From assembly GCA_963707985.1 (NCBI GenBank), contig CAVPRW010000015.1:125960-189959 (forward strand): a stretch of DNA of 64,000 nucleotides, read 5' to 3'. This document shows, one piece after another, positions 20,025-30,658 of the stretch (position 1 is the stretch's first letter; every line of letters starts with the position of its first letter). The notes under the pieces were generated by a model that saw only the letters and a list, made by a program, of their open reading frames with translations, was not told the DNA's origin and made no database searches. The stretch is from an uncultured Nitrospinota bacterium (GTDB taxonomy: Bacteria > Tectomicrobia > Entotheonellia > J063 > CAVPRW01). The position numbers were made by a program, and so were the translations under genes.

Positions 20025-21752
20025 TTAAAACGCCTCATCGGCGGCGGCGATCGCGTCAAGGTCAGCGATGGTATAAGAGCCCAGACTTCTAAAATTCAGC
20101 TCTGTGTAGTTCTTAATCCACCGCATGGCGATCTTCACCGCCTTGCGATAGCGTTCTTCGGCCTCGGCATAGGCGGCTTTGTCGCGGTCACTGCGGATAC
20201 TTGCCTGTAATCGGGAGAGAATATCCTCGCCTTCTTCCTGCAGTAACCGCTTGACTATGGCGAAGTCATGCACTTGTGAAGGGTCGTGGGAGTCGCGCGC
20301 ACGATGCCGGATGCGCTGGGCGATTTGCGCAACCGACATGCGCCCAGTAGCCAGGTCTTCCATCAAAGCTGTATGCAAGCCCGGCCTGCCGGCCAAGCTA
20401 TCGATGCCCTTAGCCCCGCGGCCATTCAGCCACCCCTCGACATATTCGATCACCATTCTGGCATTGCGACGCGTGCCCTCCATCGTGATGGGCCCCTCCG
20501 GGACCTTGATCTCGATGGGATAATTGTCCGGATTGGCCATCTCCGGCGTCGGTGTCCAGCCCGATGCGGCGACCTCTTTGAAGGGATCGGCTGCTGTCTT
20601 CATGTGGAAGATGTGGGCCACCCAGCCTCGGAGAAAGCCCTGTTGTGCCTCCCACACCTTGTCTGCCCGGATGGCTTCCGCCGCCATGCGATTCACTTCA
20701 GGATCGGGGTTGGGTAACGGCGTGGCCATCCCGCCGATAGGGGCAGCCCCGCGCTTTAAACAAATGGCGACTAGGCGTCGGAAGATATTCGCTAAAAACG
20801 GGGTGGTCTTGATGTCGACTCCAAATCGGTCTGGCCACACGGCATTGGGGTCGGCCATGGCGTACTCAAAAATACTGGCCTTGAAATCCCAGCGCGCTGC
20901 GTTCAAGCCTGCGGCATACGGACCCAGCGCGTAGAGCATCTCCTCCATCTGGTAGGCTGCGGGCAACGATTCGATCAGCGGAATGGCTTTGATCACGGCA
21001 TCTCTGAGGAAGTCCAGTTGTGCGCGGCTGGCGTCGAATAGGTCGCGATAGAGCGCTGTCTCTTCGACAGTCTCCAGTTTGGGCAGATAAAAGTAAATGC
21101 CCTGGCCGCGGGCGGCCTGTTCTCGGCCGACATAGAACAGTGTCAGCGCAGTGCCGAGAGTACTGGCCGGAATGGCCACGCCGTCGACCGTCACCTCTGG
21201 TTCGTCGAGGTGTATGCCACGCTCACGATGCATGAAGAATGGCAGTTCGCCGTCGGCGATTTGATAGGTCCGGCCACGCTCGGGATCGCTGAAGGTCAAT
21301 GTCCTCCGTGCCGCCTCCAGGCGGTTCCAGGTGGCTTTGACGGTATCGCTGAGACAATGTCGGGCGGAGTCCTCATCGTCGTCCAGATCCCCTTCGGCGC
21401 GTGTCCCCTCTGGAGTGGGATTAAGGGCATTGATAAACATGTTGGTGATCGCGGCGGGTCCGGAGATCTCGATGCCAGGCTTGAGCAAATCGTCCGGAAC
21501 GGTGGGCACCTGCCAATTGCCAGTGTTGATTTCAGACAGCGGCAGGTGTGCGGGCATCATCCCTTGCTCATGGGCTGCCTTGAGCATCTCGGCACGCCTG
21601 GCCCGCAAGCCATGGATGCGGGGCGTGAACTCATCGTGTAGCCGCACCAGATACTCAACGAATGCTGGGCTGAACAGCTCCGCTGCGCCTGATACCGGCG
21701 CAAAACGCAGGCGCGGTGTTGTTAACATCTGCGAGCTACCCTCTGTTGCCAT
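20025..21752 (-). CDS. Malate synthase family protein
   Basis: GIYFYLPKLE, GLNAARWDF, IGGMA, RADKxxEA..G..GWVAH, LMEDLAT. Confidence 0.85.
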   Translation of the reverse strand: MATEGSSQMLTTPRLRFAPVSGAAELFSPAFVEYLVRLHDEFTPRIHGLRARRAEMLKAAHEQGMMPAHLPLSEINTGNWQVPTVPDDLLKPGIEISGPAAITNMFINALNPTPEGTRAEGDLDDDEDSARHCLSDTVKATWNRLEAARRTLTFSDPERGRTYQIADGELPFFMHRERGIHLDEPEVTVDGVAIPASTLGTALTLFYVGREQAARGQGIYFYLPKLETVEETALYRDLFDASRAQLDFLRDAVIKAIPLIESLPAAYQMEEMLYALGPYAAGLNAARWDFKASIFEYAMADPNAVWPDRFGVDIKTTPFLANIFRRLVAICLKRGAAPIGGMATPLPNPDPEVNRMAAEAIRADKVWEAQQGFLRGWVAHIFHMKTAADPFKEVAASGWTPTPEMANPDNYPIEIKVPEGPITMEGTRRNARMVIEYVEGWLNGRGAKGIDSLAGRPGLHTALMEDLATGRMSVAQIAQRIRHRARDSHDPSQVHDFAIVKRLLQEEGEDILSRLQASIRSDRDKAAYAEAEERYRKAVKIAMRWIKNYTELNFRSLGSYTIADLDAIAAADEAF

Positions 21753-22044
21753 AACTAATCTCCTTTGTTGCAATCGAGGCTATCGGTTTCCCATCATGAG
21801 ATCGCTTTAAGAAAGGGTCGGCACTGCTCCGACTGCAGCCCGCGGTTGCGTCAGGGTAAGCCTTCCATGCGAGTGCGTCGACCTCCAGGAGATGAGCAAG
21901 GGGGGGCCGCCGCGAGGTGTGACGAGACCGCGGCGATACACCGAGTGTGAGCACATCAGGCACTGGCCGGCATGAGCCAAACCTTGACGGAGAATACCCG
22001 CCCTGTTCGCGAGACGATGATGACGTATAGGTGTTGTCAGTGCC

Positions 22045-22073
22045 TGACTACCAAATGGTGAGGAGGGTGTCAA
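22045..22073 (-). promoter_or_regulatory. Candidate sigma70 promoter for malate synthase
   Basis: Minus strand TTGACA-17 bp-TAGTCA. Confidence 0.4.
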
Positions 22074-22220
22074 GGTTTTTTTGTACGCTGGGGAGGTAGA
22101 TGCAGCAGACGAGGGGTTGTATCCTGGTGGGAAGGGACCGGGTGAGGGGAAAAGCAGCGATGAGTCCTAACCCTCAGCCCAATCCTTTACCTACAAGGAA
22201 TTGCAAGGACTGGTCAGGTT

Positions 22221-22487
22221 TTACAAGCTGGAGTTGTAGAGCTGTGTCGACCATGACGTGCCGCGCTGGGAGATAACGATGTCTAAAGCAGAATTAGCTC
22301 GAAATGGGTGGAATCGTTCGCGCTCGGGATCCCAGGTGCCATAGGGGCTCACCGGTGGGATCTCCCGCGGGCTATGGGTGAAACCTTGGAACCACTGGTA
22401 CAGACGATGCAGCCAATCCAGGCCACCAACCTCAGCAGGAACGCCGATTTGGGGTCTGTGGTCGATTGTTTGGCTATGGGCACGCAT
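22221..22487 (-). CDS. Small hypothetical protein
   Basis: GGAGGAG RBS before MRAHSQ; 88 aa; no motif recognised. Confidence 0.5.
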   Translation of the reverse strand: MRAHSQTIDHRPQIGVPAEVGGLDWLHRLYQWFQGFTHSPREIPPVSPYGTWDPERERFHPFRANSALDIVISQRGTSWSTQLYNSSL

Positions 22488-22815
22488 ATGTTGTCTCTCC
22501 TCCATGAACGAAGCAGGGGGCATCTCTATGTACGTTATATGTGAGTGCCCCAACCGTATGTTTGACCATAATATTCGGTATATGATAGGAAAAATCCAAT
22601 GAATTGTTTTTCTTCTAACCATGAAGAATTGTCATCCTAGATCAGACCGTCCTGCCTGGTACCATTCGCTTGCCAGTTGAGAATTGAGCCTGAGGAAAGG
22701 TGTGAGGTGAGAGAGCTATGATACAGTTACAAGTGCTGCAGGCTGTCTGGAGAATCTCACAGCAGCGGTGAAAATCCCGTATGCGTGTACCCGATCACTG
22801 CGAGGAGGAACTCCT

Positions 22816-23316
22816 ATGACATTACAGGAAATCAGCCAATTGGTAGCCTTTAACCGGTGGGCCAACCAGTGTTTCCTCGAAGCGTTGAGCCAACTTCCCG
22901 CCGAGCAGTATGGACAAGACATGCATAGTAGCCATGGCGGCATCCATGGGACACTGGCGCATATCATCGGGGCGGAGCGCGGTTGGCTCAGCCGCTGGCA
23001 GGGCAAGAGCGACACCGGCACGGCGGCCATCAACCAAATGCATTCTGTTGCCGAGCTCCAAGCCTTCTGGGAAGGTGTCTGCGACGAGATGAGCCAATTC
23101 CTCACCAGCATGGATGATCAGAAGCTGCAAGAGACACTGTCGACGACTGCGCGCTCGGGAAGCCATAACGCTTCCTACGCGCAGATGATCCAGCACGTGA
23201 TCGATCATTCCTCCTATCATCGTGGCCAAATCGTCACCATGCTGCGCCAACTCGGTGTGACGCCCCCTTCGACAGGATTGATCCGCTTCTATCGGGACGG
23301 GCCGGCTGGCCGGTAG
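22816..23316 (+). CDS. DinB/YfiT family protein
   Basis: FNRWAN, TLAHIIGAE, HVIDHSSYHRGQ; GAGGAGG RBS. Confidence 0.9.
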   Translation: MTLQEISQLVAFNRWANQCFLEALSQLPAEQYGQDMHSSHGGIHGTLAHIIGAERGWLSRWQGKSDTGTAAINQMHSVAELQAFWEGVCDEMSQFLTSMDDQKLQETLSTTARSGSHNASYAQMIQHVIDHSSYHRGQIVTMLRQLGVTPPSTGLIRFYRDGPAGR

Positions 23317-23418
23317 GGCTCAACGGCCGAGGCGGTACCCCAGTTCGCTATTCCAACGGCGAGACCGAGCTGGGGTACCGGCATCGTACGGACCGTCACA
23401 CCGCCATAGAGGCGTGTC

Positions 23419-24282
23419 TTACCCCTTGATGGTGAGGAGAAACACGCCACACACGATGAGGATGGCGCCGACAATAATGCGCCCCGTGAGCTGCTCGACC
23501 CCCTTCAAGAATAGCCGGGTGAACGGCAATACGAACAGCGGCGCCGTGCCGGCCAACGGCGTGACCACGCTCACCTCCCCCAGGCCCAACGCCACCAGCA
23601 CCAGAAACACACTGAGGTTTTCCGCGATCCCCGCCCCCACAAAATACACCAGGCCACGGCCGTGCCACACCAGCACCTGGCGATTTCCCGACGCCAGAAG
23701 AAAAGCCATAAACGTGATGAGTGCGGTCGTAATGTTCACGGCAGAGCCAAACAACGGCCCTGCATGGCTGAGGCCGAGCTTGCGGATGATCGCCACCGCG
23801 CCGAAGCACGAGGCGGAGAGGAAGGGGTAGAACAGGTCCAAAGGCTGGAAACCCACCTGCCGTCCACTCAGCGACAACAGTGTCGTTCCCAGCACGATGA
23901 CGCCTGTACCGGCGATCATCGGCAGCGTGACCTGCTCACCGAGCACAAAGATGGCCAAAGCACTGGCGATAAATGGATTCAGGTTGATGATCGAGGCGGC
24001 CACAGGGGCCCCGACTTTTTCGATGCTGACGAAACGGAGCAGTCGGCCTCCAGCCGTGCCGATGATCCCCGACAACACGAATAGGGGAATGGCACTGGAT
24101 CGATAGGCATCAGCGGGCTCCAGCACCAGGACGGCGCCCCAAAATCCCACCACCCCCACGATGACGTTGATCCAGAATCCGACATAGAAATTACCGTGTC
24201 GTAACCCCTGGCGGATGAACACCGTTGCCAAAGCTGAGCACATGGCAGCAGCGAGCGCGAGCAGCTGCGGTGCATGAGACAC
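23419..24282 (-). CDS. DMT/EamA family transporter
   Basis: Two repeated hydrophobic halves, each ending in an F..L.E motif. Confidence 0.88.
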   Translation of the reverse strand: MSHAPQLLALAAAMCSALATVFIRQGLRHGNFYVGFWINVIVGVVGFWGAVLVLEPADAYRSSAIPLFVLSGIIGTAGGRLLRFVSIEKVGAPVAASIINLNPFIASALAIFVLGEQVTLPMIAGTGVIVLGTTLLSLSGRQVGFQPLDLFYPFLSASCFGAVAIIRKLGLSHAGPLFGSAVNITTALITFMAFLLASGNRQVLVWHGRGLVYFVGAGIAENLSVFLVLVALGLGEVSVVTPLAGTAPLFVLPFTRLFLKGVEQLTGRIIVGAILIVCGVFLLTIKG

Positions 24283-24568
24283 CGAGTGATTCCTTCTCTA
24301 GACGATCTGTGTGCGATGACAGCCTGATGACATCAGCGTGTGCATGGTTCGTCGGCAAAGGGCGCCATTCTAGCACGCGAGACGTGCTCCACGAGCGACA
24401 ATTTCCAGGTGCGACACCCTCCCTACGGATGATCGCGACGGCGCCCGACGAGGAAACTCCAGGTAAGGTATGCGAGATTCCGATCGCCTGCGAAAACGAT
24501 TTACCTCGCTGTTGCAATCTGCTAGAGTCGGGAAAAACACCTGTACACCCATGACAAAGGAGTGATCG

Positions 24569-25741
24569 ATGGCTACTGTACAAGCACCACCGTTTCCGAA
24601 TTTTGCCCCTGTTCTCGAAAAAGACGCCCCGGTCCGGCAAGGTATCGATGAGGCCTGCCTCGAGCGCCTTTATGAGCGGATCGAGACGCATATCGCCGCC
24701 GGTTGGTATCCCGGCGCTGCCCTTGCCATGGCCCGCCATGGCATATTGGTGGCGGCTCGGAGCTTTGGCGTCGCACGCCTGGCAGGGGCGGGTCAACCAG
24801 CTGTGGCCGCGGATCAGGAGACCATGTGGCTGCTGTATTCGCAGACGAAGCCGATCACGTCGTGTGCCATCTGGTATCTGGTGGAGCATGGGCTCCTGCG
24901 TTTCCACGACGCCGTGGCCGATTACATCCCTGAATTCTCGCGGTTTGGCAAGGGCGGGGTGACGCTACACCACGTGCTGTCGCATCAGGCCGGATTTCCC
25001 GATGCCAATGTGCCCCCCGAGGCCTGGGAGAACCATACACTTCTGCGCGAGTGTGTGTGCAACTTCACGCTCGACTGGGAACCCGGCGCTCGAGTCAAGT
25101 ATCACACTGCCGCCGCGCACTGGACTCAGGCCGTCCTCATCGAGGCGGTCACCGGTCAAGACTACCGCCAGTTCATCCGCGACCACGTGTTGGAGCCACT
25201 GGGACTGCACGGCTTGCGGGTTGGTGTGCCGGATGCGCTGCACGATCGACTGGCGGGAGCCTATCAGCGTACTGAGAGCGGGGAGCACGAGACGCTAGCG
25301 GATCGGAACACCCCGGCCTTCTGGCGTGCCGGCGTGCCAGGGGGAGGAGGATACAGCACCGCCACCGATCTGGTGACCTTCTATCAAATGTTACTCCACC
25401 TCGGAGCGCTCAATGGCACCCGCATCCTGGGACCGCGCACCGTCCAATACGTGACGCGTAATCATACCGGAGACCGCATCGACGAGCGCTTTGGCCTGCC
25501 GATGCATCGCGGCTTGGGGGTCCATGTGCGCGGCTTATCGCCGATGATCCGCGGCCTGGGGAGCACCGCCGCCCCCAACACGTTTGGCCACGGCGGTGCG
25601 GGGACGTCCTATTCGTGGGCGGACCCGGATACCGGGGTGTCATTCACCTATCTGACCAATTCGCAGATGGCCGAGCCCTATCACAGCAAACGCCTGGATG
25701 AGATCATGACCATCGCCCACGCGGCTGTTGTCGAGCTTTGA
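24569..25741 (+). CDS. Serine hydrolase, beta-lactamase class C-like family
   Basis: SQTK (SxxK), LSHQAG, PGARVKYH, FGHGGAG. Confidence 0.88.
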   Translation: MATVQAPPFPNFAPVLEKDAPVRQGIDEACLERLYERIETHIAAGWYPGAALAMARHGILVAARSFGVARLAGAGQPAVAADQETMWLLYSQTKPITSCAIWYLVEHGLLRFHDAVADYIPEFSRFGKGGVTLHHVLSHQAGFPDANVPPEAWENHTLLRECVCNFTLDWEPGARVKYHTAAAHWTQAVLIEAVTGQDYRQFIRDHVLEPLGLHGLRVGVPDALHDRLAGAYQRTESGEHETLADRNTPAFWRAGVPGGGGYSTATDLVTFYQMLLHLGALNGTRILGPRTVQYVTRNHTGDRIDERFGLPMHRGLGVHVRGLSPMIRGLGSTAAPNTFGHGGAGTSYSWADPDTGVSFTYLTNSQMAEPYHSKRLDEIMTIAHAAVVEL

Positions 25742-25896
25742 GATCAAAGGGCAGAATCCTAGCGCTTTCTCCGGCATCGCCGATGTCGTGCGCTGGGATG
25801 CGGTCTGGTGGGATCAGTCGGAAGGCAGAGTGAAGGAGAGGGGGTGGCGTCTGGCCAGACTCGCCACTCCATCCCCTCCCCCTCAATCATCCATCG

Positions 25897-26880
25897 TTAG
25901 CACGGCAGCCACAGCACGCTGGAGATTTCGCTAAACTCCCGCGCCAGCTTCCTCCAGGAATCCCCGCCGTCATCGCTGCGATACAGATAGCCATAGCGAC
26001 TACCCGCAAAGACAATGTTGGGGTCGACCGGTTGCAGGTGCACGACCCACATGGCCGTATTGGGCTGGACCGGGAGAGGTAGATTTTCCCAGGTCTTGCC
26101 GGCATCTTTCGAACGCATCACCGTTCCGGTGCGCCCTGGAGTGGTATCGCCGATGGTCACGAAGACCGTCTTGGCATGACCTGGCTGGACCGCGATGCCC
26201 CGTGGATAGGTCCACGGGAAGACTTCCTTGACATGCAGGGGAGTCCAGGTGCCGCCCTCATCGGTGCTGGTGTACACTTCATTATTGACGACGATGAAGA
26301 CGGTCTTGGGTGGGCCTCCTGCCACCGCGACATTGTGGACATCCGGATTCGGGATGGCGCCGTTGATCGCCGTCCAGGTTTCCCCACCATCGGTGCTATG
26401 CCGAGCGCCGTCGACTTCGATGCCGACCCAGATCTGCTGGCGGTCCAGCGGATCGATCGCAATGCCTGTGACACGCGGGATCCCCACATTCGGGCACTCA
26501 TCAGCGATACCCGCCGGGCGTTCCTCCCAATGGACGCCGCCATCGGTGGAACGGAAAACCTTCGACGGGGTCGGTGTGCCGGTTCCCGCAAACATCACCT
26601 CAGTGACCACAGGATCAACGGCCAGCGCCCAGACGGCATAGTTGGTCAGGGGAGAATCTATCAGCCGCCACTTCTCCCCCGCGTCGTCGCTGCGATACAA
26701 TCCCTTCTCGGTGCCAGCAAAAACGATTTCGGGCCGGTGCGGGTGATTCAGCAGCGTGCGCACCATCGCATCAGAGTGCATCCCCTGGCCGATCCCCACA
26801 CGCCGCCAGGTCGCCCCATCGTCACCGCTACGCATGATACCTTGCCCTACGGTTCCTACCAGGATCGTTGTCGATGCCAT
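25897..26880 (-). CDS. BNR/Asp-box repeat beta-propeller protein
   Basis: Repeated SxDxGxxW motifs (SGDDGATW, SDDAGEKW, STDGGVHW, STDEGGTW, SDDGGDSW). Confidence 0.85.
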   Translation of the reverse strand: MASTTILVGTVGQGIMRSGDDGATWRRVGIGQGMHSDAMVRTLLNHPHRPEIVFAGTEKGLYRSDDAGEKWRLIDSPLTNYAVWALAVDPVVTEVMFAGTGTPTPSKVFRSTDGGVHWEERPAGIADECPNVGIPRVTGIAIDPLDRQQIWVGIEVDGARHSTDGGETWTAINGAIPNPDVHNVAVAGGPPKTVFIVVNNEVYTSTDEGGTWTPLHVKEVFPWTYPRGIAVQPGHAKTVFVTIGDTTPGRTGTVMRSKDAGKTWENLPLPVQPNTAMWVVHLQPVDPNIVFAGSRYGYLYRSDDGGDSWRKLAREFSEISSVLWLPC

Positions 26881-27218
26881 GGCCATGCCTCCCTCTAGGG
26901 TCCAAACCCTTCTAAGTGCCTGACGTACCCTCGTGCTCTGGCGCTCTCCGCCACTGAGCGCCACGTCTGCACGCCCTTCGCCTCCATCCTCCTGCAGTGC
27001 GAGCATGAATGTGAGATTCGTCGTTGACGCCTCTTTAGCCATAAACGACGCCCCATCCACCCTGGTGGCAGAGAGTTAGATGCTATTGTCGCATGCACCC
27101 CACATGGGGTCAAGCTCTGTTGCGCAGGCGCTGTCGCGTTGAATTGCTGAAGGCTGTCGTGCCTGTACCTGCGCCAGCCATTGTTGTCCAAAGCCCATCA
27201 CCGACTCGATGCTGCCGC

Positions 27219-29181
27219 CTAGACACCAACTCTGCCATGCAGAGCACGCCAGATTTTCTCAGCAGTTAACGGCGTGTCGAGATGGCGCACGCCCACGCTG
27301 GAAAGTGCATCCATCACCGCATTGGCCAGAGCTACTGGCGCGGCCACCGTTGGCAACTCGCCGATGCCTTTCACGCCCAGGGGATTGGTGGGCGAGGGAG
27401 TTTCCATGGTTTCTAAGAGCAGCGGCGGTAGCGCAGCTGCCTTTGGGACGGCATAGTCCAGTAGAGTTCCCGTCAGGGACTGGCCTTCCAGCGTGTAAAC
27501 GACACCTTCCATCAAGGCTTGCCCAACTCCCTGGGCGATGCCGCCATACATCTGCCCCTCCACCAGCTTCGGATTGATGATGCGGCCGCAATCGTGCACA
27601 GCGACGTAGCGCACGATGTGCACCTCGCCGCTGTCACGATCGATCTCGACGACCGCCACTTGCGCGCCGAAGGCATAGGGATTTGCCGGCAGGGTATAGG
27701 TACCGCTGCACTCCAGCCCTGCTTCGACGCCAGGAGGTAGGAAGGCCCCGTCATAGGCCGCAGCAGCGACCGCAGCGAAGGACATGGTCTGTTCGAGGTG
27801 GTGGCGACGGCAGATCTGCCCTCCCTGGAAGATGATCTCCTCTTCAGAGCATTGGAGCTGGTGAGCAGCGATACGCGCGAGTTTGCGGCGCACTTCTTGG
27901 AGCACTGCGTACAGGGCAGATCCGTCAACCGTCAGACCACGGCTGGCCCCGGTACCGCCACCTTCGGGGAACATGGCTGTATCCCCATACTGGACGTCCA
28001 CCTCGGCAGGGCTTACTCCCAGCTCATCGGCCACGATCTGAGCGAAGGTCGTGCCAGAGCCCTGACCATGCGGCGACACGCCAGTGTAGGCGGTGACATG
28101 CCCCGTCGGGGCGATCGTCACCTGCGCGCTATCGGTGCGGTAGGCTCCCTGGGCGCCGGAAGCTTTGACGACGGTCGCCAAGCCCACGCCGATGAGCGGC
28201 TCTGTAGAGCCCCTCGGCTGCCGCGCACGCTCGCGCCAGTGGGCGTAATCCGCCAACTCCAAAGCCCGCTCGAAGCCTCGTGCATAATCGCCGGAGTCAT
28301 AGGTCATGCCGGTAGGAGTGCTGTAGGGGAAGGCATCGGGAGAGACGAAGTTCTTCCGGCGTACTTCGGCCGGATCGAGATTGAGGTCGTTCGCGATCAG
28401 ATCGACTGTGCGTTCCGTGCAAAAGGCCGCTTCGGGGCCTCCGGCGCCACGGTAGGCCCCGGTGGGTGGTTTGTTGGTGAAGACGCCCCGCACCTCGATG
28501 CTGATCGCTGGTATCTTGTATGGCCCGGCGATACGATGGCTGGTCAGCAGGGGAACCAACGTGGTGGACGAAAGGCAATAGGCCCCCAGATCGGCGATGA
28601 TACGCACGCGCAGGCCCAGAATGGAGCCATCACGCTTCACGGCTGCTTCGACATCGAGCCGTATGGCCCCGGCCGTGGAAGGTAAGCATGTTTTCTTGCC
28701 GGTCAGCCACCCATTTCACCGGCTTCCCCAAGATCAGGGAGAGATACGGGACAGCTACGTCCTCGGGGAACATACACCCTTTTTCACCGAAGCTCCCTCC
28801 CACGTCGGCCGCGATCACGCGCATACGGCTCTGTGGGCGCTTGAGGATCGGAGCCAGATACCGTCTGATACGGTGCGGTGCCTGGGTAGAGTTCCATACC
28901 GTCAAAAAGTCCTCGTCGGCTTGGTAGGAGGCCGCCACCCCTCGGGTTTCCAAGGGCACGGGGGCCAGACGTTGGACATGATAGCGCTGTTGGATGACGC
29001 GATCAGCCTGGGCAAAGGCCGCCGACACGTCGATCGACCGGATACGCGCATGCGCATGTGGGCTACGCAGCACCGCAGCGTGGAGCATACCAGGCAATTG
29101 AACGTCATCGACATAGGAACCCCGGCCTGTTAGCAGTTTAGGGTCCTCGAACCGATTCAGCGGCTGCCCTGCGTAGGTCAT
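27219..29181 (-). pseudogene. CoxL-like molybdopterin subunit with an internal deletion and a frameshift
   Basis: RSPHAHARIRSIDVSAA joins directly to FAQADRVIQQRY; frame change near 28660; AYRGAGG loop; GVKGIGE. Confidence 0.85.
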
Positions 29182-29315
29182 CCTCCACCTCCCTGCATGT
29201 GGGTTCTGAGCGGGCGTCAAATACATGAGACGATTTTCGAGCTGATTGTATAATAGGGCCAACGATTACTCCAGGCGTGAATTGACAGCTATCAGCTTCG
29301 ACCGCGGCACCGTCG

Positions 29316-29345
29316 TTGACACCGACAAACAGGCATGGCTATAAT
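29316..29345 (+). promoter_or_regulatory. Consensus sigma70 promoter
   Basis: TTGACA-18 bp-TATAAT. Confidence 0.65.
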
Positions 29346-29401
29346 CCACAGGTGAAGTGACAGAAATAGATGGTTGTGGGCGCGTCTCAATGGTGATGTG
29401 T

Positions 29402-29945
29402 TATAGCTGTCCACTTAAGCCACGGCCTTCAAATGGTGGTGATGGGTTTGTCTTCGTACCACGGGCTGGCACTTCCAGCCTCGCAGCTGATCGGAGACCG
29501 ACGGCCGACGACCGACGGCGTGAGTTGGGATCTTTGCCAGCGTGCGTAAGGAGGGCGGCGATCTTAACCTAGCGCTGTGTGGGCGATGGACTGACAAGAC
29601 TGGCTAGCTGCAAGGTCGAACGTCTAGGGTGAAGCGGCGCTTCCGTGTGTGGCGCACCGACCTACAGTGGACGAGTCTTCAGATGATGTGTATGCGCGCG
29701 GCATGCAGGAGCGTCTTCAAGGAACATGGCTGCTCGGCATGAAGCGCATCCATGCGTTCCACCGACCTGTCGAATCTGCTGCTCAGTTCGACCTCCTATC
29801 ACACGCGATGATGGTCAGCACCTACCACCGCTGGCCGATCCGGGGCGGTAGATTCGTCAGGAAGAAACCTTCGCCCTTGGGGGTATGGACCCCGATTAGG
29901 AGACGGGGCAGCGGGTGTTTGTCCCCGCCGACATGGCCATCGAAT
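29402..29945 (-). pseudogene. Decayed 3' half of the IS4-family transposase (inverted copy)
   Basis: Encodes GGDKHPLPRLLIGVHTPKG...TNLPPRIG and DQLRGWK...LKAVA, matching 31560-32137. Confidence 0.88.
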
Positions 29946-29968
29946 AAGGCATCGAAAAAGGAGATTAG

Positions 29969-30637
29969 ATGACCAGATTGCGGGTTCGTGCCTTTATCAG
30001 AGAGAAAATTTTCAAGGACTCTTTGCAAGATATCTTTTTCAGGATATATCAGAAAAATAGTTGGGGTAATAAAGAGTCCATATCCGGCGACGGTTCTGAT
30101 ATTACACAAACTACAATAATTCGAAAAGACATAGCAAAATTAGTCAAAAAGCTAAACATAAACTCTTTGCTTGATGCACCTTGCGGTGATTTTTACTGGC
30201 TGAAAGAGGTAGATCTAAGATTGAACAGATATATCGGAGCGGATATTGTTCCCGAACTGGTGGCAGCAAACGAGCGGAGGCACGGTAGTGAAATAAGGGC
30301 GTTTGTCGTATTAGATATAACCAAAGACGATTTACCGCAATCAGACATGATACTTTGCCGAGACTGTTTAGTACATCTTCCCCTACGTGCAGCGATTGAA
30401 GCTCTTAGAAATTTCAAAAGAAGTGGTTCAATATACTTACTAACCACAACATACCCTGGGCTCGTAAAGAAAAATAAAGAACTCATGATTACAGGTAATT
30501 GGAGACCTTTAGATCTACAACTGCCACCATTTTCACTCCCAAAGCCGATTCGCATTATTAACGAGGGATGTACCGAGAAAGGTGATTATAAGGAAAAAAG
30601 CCTCTGTTTATGGAAACTTACAGAGTGTCAAATATGA
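29969..30637 (+). CDS. Class I SAM-dependent methyltransferase, AT-rich
   Basis: ESISGDGS, LLDAPCGD, YIGADIV, ILCRDCLVHL. Confidence 0.85.
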   Translation: MTRLRVRAFIREKIFKDSLQDIFFRIYQKNSWGNKESISGDGSDITQTTIIRKDIAKLVKKLNINSLLDAPCGDFYWLKEVDLRLNRYIGADIVPELVAANERRHGSEIRAFVVLDITKDDLPQSDMILCRDCLVHLPLRAAIEALRNFKRSGSIYLLTTTYPGLVKKNKELMITGNWRPLDLQLPPFSLPKPIRIINEGCTEKGDYKEKSLCLWKLTECQI

Positions 30638-30658
30638 CTGCGGCGGATGGCCCATTTC

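Noticed and set aside
24569..25741. Antibiotic-resistance beta-lactamase
   Set aside because: No signal peptide; the motifs fit the broad esterase/serine hydrolase family.
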